Origin: a virus
Lineage: Duplodnaviria > Heunggongvirae > Uroviricota > Caudoviricetes
IMG/VR virus record: IMGVR_UViG_3300020050_013619
Coordinates: 64,001 to 76,229 of that record
Strand: one strand, 5' to 3'
Length of the DNA stretch: 12,229 bases
Shown: in pieces, positions 7,741 to 12,229 of the stretch
Layout of the letters: each line of letters starts with the position of its first letter
Numbering within the stretch: position 1 is the stretch's first letter
Notes under the pieces: model-generated
Database searches by the model: none
The model's input: only the letters and a program-made list of their open reading frames with translations
What the model was told of the DNA's origin: nothing
Translations under genes and position numbers: made by a program

Positions 7741-8250
7741 ATGAAATTTAAAATCAATAAAGGAACAGAACTTTTTGAAAAGTTTCAGCAACTAAAGCAG
7801 GATATTCAAAGAGTCAATAAGGAAGCCACAAAATTGGTTGAATCTTTTGGTTATACAAGATATTGCATTGCGCCGCATTGTTTAGCTGGCGGTATTGGTG
7901 CAATTGAGATTCTGAGCGTACCACTAAATGACCGTAAAAAATGGGTGCGTGTATCGAAGCAAAATAGTCAACTTTGGATGCCAAGACAGAACAGAGAGAA
8001 TGCCGAATTGATTGACGAAATTAAGAGATTGCCAAAACTTGATTACGCTGAATTGAATGACTTGATTGGGTTTAAAGCAGGTGCGACAAATTCGTTCGGT
8101 TGGGCAACGCATCCAGGTGTTATTTGGCGCGATGAATACATTCTCATTGAAATGGCAGATGGGCAGATATACGAGCCATGCGATGGTATGGTAGAAATTT
8201 TGACATCGGAATACCAAAGACTGAAAAATCAAGTAGCGACCCCTCAGTAA
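7741..8250 (+). CDS. Hypothetical phage protein (169 aa); the stop codon lies in a CCCCTCAGTAA motif
   Basis: Strong A-rich leader; ends ...ATPQ* encoded by ACC CCT CAG TAA. Confidence 0.8.
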   Translation: MKFKINKGTELFEKFQQLKQDIQRVNKEATKLVESFGYTRYCIAPHCLAGGIGAIEILSVPLNDRKKWVRVSKQNSQLWMPRQNRENAELIDEIKRLPKLDYAELNDLIGFKAGATNSFGWATHPGVIWRDEYILIEMADGQIYEPCDGMVEILTSEYQRLKNQVATPQ

Positions 8251-8290
8251 CTCGGCTTTTAAAATGTGTTTTATAAATTATCCTTTTGAT

Positions 8291-8321
8291 GCCACTGTGC
8301 GCTTGCATGGTGGCTTTTTTT
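8291..8321 (+). terminator. Rho-independent terminator
   Basis: GCCACTGTGC-GCTT-GCATGGTGGC (10-bp stem with two G-U pairs) followed by T7. Confidence 0.75.
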
Positions 8322-8405
8322 GCTTAGAAAAAATACTACTCAATTATTTATTTTTTCTTTAAGTTGCTGCCGTTAAAAAATCTCTATCAACAAAAGAATC
8401 GGCAA

Positions 8406-9641
8406 ATGTTCAAACTAAGTCAGATTAAAACAAAGGCAAGAAACCCACGCAAAATAGACCCTGCAAGCATGGAACGGCTCAAAACGTCCGTGCTGTCTTT
8501 TTCTAAAATGCTGCCTTTGCGCCCCATTGTATATGACACCAAAACAGGCGAAATATTGGGCGGTAATCAGCGATATTTAGCCATTCTGCAATTGATAGAA
8601 ATGCCCGAAGAAACATTTGCGCATCTTTCAGCACCCGACAGGGATTTATGGCTTACAATAAAAGAAAAACGGGCAATACCCGACGATTGGGTGAAATCCG
8701 CAAGCGAATTATCGGCGGAGGAAAAACGCCGTTTTGTTGTTGCCGATAATGCCAATTTTGGTGAGTGGGATATGGAGCTTTTGAAAGAAGATTTTGACTT
8801 TTTGGAGCTTCAAAATTGGGGTATTGATTTGGAAATGCCTGATTTTGGTAGTGATGATACTGAGGGGGGTGATGGCGATAATTCAAAAACGACACCTACT
8901 GCCGAAGAAGATGATTTTGACGTGCCTGTTATTGAGGAAGTAAAGACGGATATTCAAGTTGGAGATTTGTTTGAGATTGGGCGGCATCGGTTGTTGTGTG
9001 GGGATTCGACGGATAAGGAAAGTATTGAAAGGCTAATAGATGGGGAAAAGTGTGATTTGCTTACTGACCCACCTTATGGTATTTCTGCAAATAAACAAAC
9101 ATTAGGTAGCGGTAAAAAAGATTTTTATAGAGGCGATAATTGGGATATTGAAGTACCTAATTTCTTTTATATACTTGATTTTGTTGAAAAAGCAATAGTA
9201 TGGGGTGGTAATTATTTTGCGGACAAACTGCCGATAAATAATGATTGGTTATGTTGGCACAAAAAAAATGATGGTCTTAGTTTTAGTGAATTTGAATTAG
9301 CGTGGTCTAATATTGGTAAAAATTGCAGGATATTAAGTCATCATTGGAGTGGCGAAAAGAAATTGCATCCAACTATGAAGCCTGTTAAAGTAATGGGATG
9401 GTGTATTGAATTCTTAGAAGAAGATACACGTATATTAGATTTATTCCTCGGCAGTGGCTCAACAATGGTTGCCGCACACCAATTAAACCGCAAATGTTTT
9501 GGACTTGAGTTAGACCCGAAATACTGCGAAGTCATTGTCACCCGCATGATAAAACTTGACCCGACCTTAACAATCAAGCGAAATGGCATAGACGAGACAG
9601 AAAAATGGCTGTCTAAAATAACCAAACTCCAAAACAATTAA
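8406..9641 (+). CDS. ParB-like N-terminal domain fused to a beta-class DNA methyltransferase (MTase 2)
   Basis: ParB-like NPRKI...LRPIV...ILGGNQRY...DN; acidic linker; GDLFEIGRHRLLCGDST; TDPPYG; HPTMKP; LDLFLGSGST; GLELDPKYC. ATG 8406 is preferred over TTG 8364. Confidence 0.88.
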   Translation: MFKLSQIKTKARNPRKIDPASMERLKTSVLSFSKMLPLRPIVYDTKTGEILGGNQRYLAILQLIEMPEETFAHLSAPDRDLWLTIKEKRAIPDDWVKSASELSAEEKRRFVVADNANFGEWDMELLKEDFDFLELQNWGIDLEMPDFGSDDTEGGDGDNSKTTPTAEEDDFDVPVIEEVKTDIQVGDLFEIGRHRLLCGDSTDKESIERLIDGEKCDLLTDPPYGISANKQTLGSGKKDFYRGDNWDIEVPNFFYILDFVEKAIVWGGNYFADKLPINNDWLCWHKKNDGLSFSEFELAWSNIGKNCRILSHHWSGEKKLHPTMKPVKVMGWCIEFLEEDTRILDLFLGSGSTMVAAHQLNRKCFGLELDPKYCEVIVTRMIKLDPTLTIKRNGIDETEKWLSKITKLQNN

Positions 9642-9693
9642 CATAACATCAATTATTTGTAAACAATAAAGCCTACTCTATCAACTGAAATAA

Positions 9694-10164
9694 ATGAATG
9701 AAGAAATAGAACTAAACGGTTTTTCACAAGACGATTTGGCGCGCATGTCGGATATGTACGTCCGTGGCGAGAATATTCACAAAATCGCCAATGAACTGAA
9801 TCTCTCGGACGTTGAAATACTGAGGGGTCTGCAATTGGTCTATGAAAGCCTGCAAAAAGCTGTGCCTTTCAAGTTTGACAATGCCATGATTATGCAGTTG
9901 TCAAAATTAGATAAAGCAGAAAGTGAAGCATGGAAAGCGTGGGATTCATCCAAAGAAGCCAAAGTCAAGAAGTCCAGCAAAGCAACAAAGGTTGCTGGTA
10001 AAAGAAAAAAATCAAGCGACGAAGATAATGACGGCGATGGCAACATGAAGCCTGATTCAATGGAACAATCGCAGGTCACGGAGCAACGTGACGGTTCGCC
10101 CGCTTTCTTGGGCATTGTCGTTAATTGCGTTCGGACACGGTTGGAGATTTTGAGGCTGAAATAG
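9694..10164 (+). CDS. HTH protein resembling a phage terminase small subunit
   Basis: N-terminal HTH-like MYVRGENIHKIANELNLS, then KLDKAESEAWKAWDSSK, a charged low-complexity stretch and GSPAFL...R..IL; sits after a ParB-MTase, where TerS genes commonly lie. Confidence 0.5.
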   Translation: MNEEIELNGFSQDDLARMSDMYVRGENIHKIANELNLSDVEILRGLQLVYESLQKAVPFKFDNAMIMQLSKLDKAESEAWKAWDSSKEAKVKKSSKATKVAGKRKKSSDEDNDGDGNMKPDSMEQSQVTEQRDGSPAFLGIVVNCVRTRLEILRLK

Positions 10165-10246
10165 ATGATTCTCTTAGTAGTCGATAACGTTCCGCTTGAC
10201 GATATTGCCCTTTGGTTGGGCATTGTGGGAGGGGTTTGCAAAAAAT

Positions 10247-10293
10247 AGGCGGTAGTGGATTGTTACCTGCTGCCTTTTTTCTTTCTTTTTTTT
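10247..10293 (+). terminator. Possible terminator (bulged stem plus long T tract)
   Basis: AGGC-GGTA ... TACC-tgct-GCCT followed by TTTTTCTTTCTTTTTTTT; the stem is imperfect. Confidence 0.4.
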
Positions 10294-10356
10294 GAATTTA
10301 GTACCCCTCAGTATTTTATTAATTTTCAATGAGTTATATTAGTAAATGAAAAATAA

Positions 10357-10383
10357 ATGTAATTATTTTAAAAATAATTACAT
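10357..10383. promoter_or_regulatory. 13-1-13 perfect inverted repeat, probable operator
   Basis: ATGTAATTATTTT-A-AAAATAATTACAT, ending 7 nt before TTGACA at 10391. Confidence 0.55.
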
Positions 10384-10390
10384 AAAAGTA

Positions 10391-10420
10391 TTGACAAGTC
10401 AAAATAAACCCTTGTCTTTG
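10391..10420 (+). promoter_or_regulatory. Probable promoter for the two small ORFs
   Basis: TTGACA at 10391-10396 and TGTCTTTG at 10413-10420 (one mismatch to TAnnTTTG), 19 nt after TTG; overlapping dyads TTGAC-AA-GTCAA and GACAAG...CTTGTC. Confidence 0.5.
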
Positions 10421-10477
10421 TGAGGTCAAAAGGAAATGACAATAACAAAATTCTTAAATCATTAAAATTGAAAAATT

Positions 10478-10687
10478 ATGTCTAAAGTAACTTATTCTCA
10501 AGTATTAAATCTTATTACAACAGAGGAAAAAAAAGTATATGCAAAAGTTGCAAAACGTGAAAACCTCGCATCTTTAAAAGAATTTATTAATGCAACTGTT
10601 GTTGCAGTAAATGATAATAAAGGAACAATTGAAGATGCCGAAGCAATTATTCACGATTCACTAAGAAACATCATTCCGTTTGCATAA
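10478..10687 (+). CDS. Hypothetical protein (69 aa)
   Basis: A-rich leader AAAATTGAAAAATT; TAATG overlap with the next ORF. Confidence 0.7.
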   Translation: MSKVTYSQVLNLITTEEKKVYAKVAKRENLASLKEFINATVVAVNDNKGTIEDAEAIIHDSLRNIIPFA

Positions 10688-10902
10688 TGAATAAAGCCTT
10701 TATTCTCCAAATCAAAGAGTCAAACGCCTTTTACTTGTTTGGCTCTTTGGTTCAACTTTTTGCTGAACACGGTGAAATTATTGAGCGTAAAATCAGAACG
10801 CTTCGCAATATAGATTTTGACTTAAAAGATTATGAAGATAACCACGTCAAAATTATGCAACGACCTATTGTTCGTTCTAAACACCGTGACAATTTTTTAT
10901 AG
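10687..10902 (+). CDS. Hypothetical small protein (71 aa) with a YLFGSL motif and basic C-terminus
   Basis: Coupled to the upstream ORF by a TAATG overlap; resembles, from memory, small Bacteroidota phage proteins with a conserved FGS motif. Confidence 0.65.
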   Translation: MNKAFILQIKESNAFYLFGSLVQLFAEHGEIIERKIRTLRNIDFDLKDYEDNHVKIMQRPIVRSKHRDNFL

Positions 10903-10986
10903 TTCCCACGATGCCCTTTTCGGTTGCAGGGAACGTCTGCATTGCTGAACACCGCTTTTTGGGTGGGGTTTAGTGTGTTGGCATTT

Positions 10987-11030
10987 AAAAAGCGGTTTGC
11001 AGCAATGCTTTGTTAGCCGCTTTTTTTCTT
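10987..11030 (+). terminator. Rho-independent terminator whose 5' arm can alternatively pair upstream
   Basis: GCGGT...GCCGC stem (10992-10996 with 11016-11020) extended by further weak pairs, followed by TTTTTTTCTTT and preceded by an A5 tract. Confidence 0.6.
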
Positions 11031-11084
11031 TAAAATATATGTTTTTTTTCTTTTACACCCCCTCAGTATTTCGTATCTTTAAGC

Positions 11085-12071
11085 ATGATTTTAAGCGAAA
11101 ATAAAGTATATCACATGAACAATTTAGAGGGAATGAAACTAATCCCTTCTAAGTCTGTCGGCTTAATAGTTGCCGACCCACCGTACTATAAAGTGAAAGG
11201 TGATTTTGATTTTGTCTTTAAAAGTTTTGATGAATACCTTGAATTTATGGAAGCACAAGCAAAGGAATACAAGCGCATTTTAGCGGATAATGGTACTTTG
11301 TTTGTTTATGGTCACGCTAAAAGAATTGCTTACGTTCAAGTCATATTCGACAAGTATTTTAATCTTGAAAACAATATTGCTATTGAGTTCAACCGACAAA
11401 CTAAAAAAGGGGTGTATGATTTTAGATGTTTTGCGCCTGTCTCTGAACGCCTTTTGATGTACTCAAATGAGATTGAAATGACGGGTTTAGAAATGATAAA
11501 ATTAGATGTTCAAAACTTTAAGCCTTTGCGTCAATATTTTGAGTATTTGCAAAAGTCTATCAATTTGGGATTAAAAAAGATAAATGAACATTTAGGGCAT
11601 AGAAAAGCAGAGCATTGTTTTTATTGGAATACTACTCAATGGGATTTACCAACAGAGCAAACCTATGACCAATTGATAGAAATGTTTAGGATTGATTTAT
11701 TAGAAGGCTTTAAGACATACGAAGAATTAAGGCAGACATACGAAGAATTAAGGCAGACATACGAAGAATTAAGGCGACCTTTCAATAATTTCATGGGGCT
11801 TTTTGACATTATGAGTTTTGACCAAGAGGCACATATCACAAGGCATTACGACCACGATACAGTAAAACCCGAAACATTGACAAGAGCGTTAATTTTAACG
11901 TGTTCACGTCCAAATGATTTAGTAGTTGTTCCTTTTTCGGGAAGTGGAACAGAACACGCAATGGCAATTAAAGAAGGTCGTAGGAGCATAGCCTTTGACA
12001 TTGAAAAGAAATACGTTGATATGTCAAATAAACGGGCAAATGTTCATTTAATGTCACCCGCTTTATTTTGA
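11085..12071 (+). CDS. Orphan beta-class N6A/N4C DNA methyltransferase 3 with a large insertion in the target-recognition region
   Basis: IVADPPYY, HDTVKP, VVVPFSGSGTE, AFDIEKKYV; about 150-aa central region containing a heptad repeat. Confidence 0.9.
   Translation: MILSENKVYHMNNLEGMKLIPSKSVGLIVADPPYYKVKGDFDFVFKSFDEYLEFMEAQAKEYKRILADNGTLFVYGHAKRIAYVQVIFDKYFNLENNIAIEFNRQTKKGVYDFRCFAPVSERLLMYSNEIEMTGLEMIKLDVQNFKPLRQYFEYLQKSINLGLKKINEHLGHRKAEHCFYWNTTQWDLPTEQTYDQLIEMFRIDLLEGFKTYEELRQTYEELRQTYEELRRPFNNFMGLFDIMSFDQEAHITRHYDHDTVKPETLTRALILTCSRPNDLVVVPFSGSGTEHAMAIKEGRRSIAFDIEKKYVDMSNKRANVHLMSPALF
11713..11775 (+). repeat. 3 x 21-bp perfect in-frame tandem repeat (TYEELRQ)
   Basis: AGACATACGAAGAATTAAGGC at 11713, 11734 and 11755. 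Confidence 0.95.
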
Positions 12072-12130
12072 TTTACTTCGGTTTTTTTTTTTTATTTTTA
12101 TTGCGGCTAACTTGCACATATACGCAACTC

Positions 12131-12178
12131 ACCGCACTACAAAACAATGATTACCATTGTTTTGTAGTGCGGTTTTAT
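12131..12178. terminator. Perfect 19-bp hairpin, probable terminator
   Basis: ACCGCACTACAAAACAATG-ATTAC-CATTGTTTTGTAGTGCGGT followed by a short T-rich tail, about 60 nt after the MTase 3 stop. Confidence 0.6.
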
Positions 12179-12229
12179 TAAATTTGCAAAATGAGTAAAT
12201 TAAGCGAGTTTTACGACCCGAAAAGCCGA

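Larger units (their letters stand above)
2559..11068. repeat. Dispersed 10-mer CCCCTCAGTA, 9 perfect copies
   Basis: + strand: 2559, 7450, 7698, 8240, 10304, 11059. - strand (TACTGAGGGG): 5338, 8858, 9818. One-mismatch copy at 516-525. The base 5' of the motif is always A or C; the base 3' is A or T in 8 of 9 copies. Confidence 0.95.
1..12229 (+). mobile_element. Phage/prophage replication-recombination-methylation region (host probably Bacteroidota)
   Basis: Co-oriented, tightly packed genes in a typical phage order (initiator with iterons, resolvase, helicase, orphan MTases, ParB-MTase, TerS-like); no housekeeping genes; A-rich non-SD leaders such as AATCAATAAAAAAA-ATG at 7741. No integrase or att site in the window, so free phage versus prophage cannot be decided. 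Confidence 0.85.

Noticed and set aside
7450-8250. Classical integron cassette array
   Set aside because: No RYYYAAC/GTTRRRY attC boxes, no palindromic attC structure and no intI; kept only as a cassette-like hypothesis.
9840-10241. 133-aa minus-strand ORF
   Set aside because: Mostly antisense to the TerS-like gene; its Ser/Leu-rich composition mirrors the opposite strand.
2559-11068. CCCCTCAGTA as the recognition site of the local methyltransferases or of a restriction enzyme
   Set aside because: A 10-bp asymmetric site is longer than beta-class orphan MTases normally read, and restriction sites tend to be depleted rather than enriched in phage DNA; nothing in the sequence links the two.
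1-12229. tRNA, rRNA, integrase/att site, reverse transcriptase/DGR, restriction endonuclease partner
   Set aside because: No supporting sequence features were seen in this window.

Overview
AT-rich phage or prophage segment in which every credible gene is on the + strand. A Bacteroidota host is inferred from A-rich leaders without Shine-Dalgarno motifs, TAnnTTTG-type promoter elements and the style of the ArsR protein. Gene order runs from replication to the start of packaging: 5'-truncated replication initiator with an internal iteron origin, a 456-aa partner protein, a RuvC-like resolvase, an ArsR-family regulator, a T5orf172/GIY-YIG-like protein with a membrane anchor, an SF2 helicase split in its Walker A motif by a 349-aa LAGLIDADG intein, several hypothetical genes, three beta-class amino-DNA methyltransferases (one fused to ParB) and a terminase-small-subunit-like gene. 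The strongest signal the gene calls do not explain is a non-palindromic 10-mer, CCCCTCAGTA, present in 9 perfect copies (6 on +, 3 on -). It occurs inside genes in different reading frames, forms the stop codons of two small ORFs, and brackets an apparently self-contained unit at 10304-11071 (palindrome, promoter, two small ORFs, mutually exclusive antiterminator/terminator hairpins). All family assignments come from motif recognition by eye; no database search was run.
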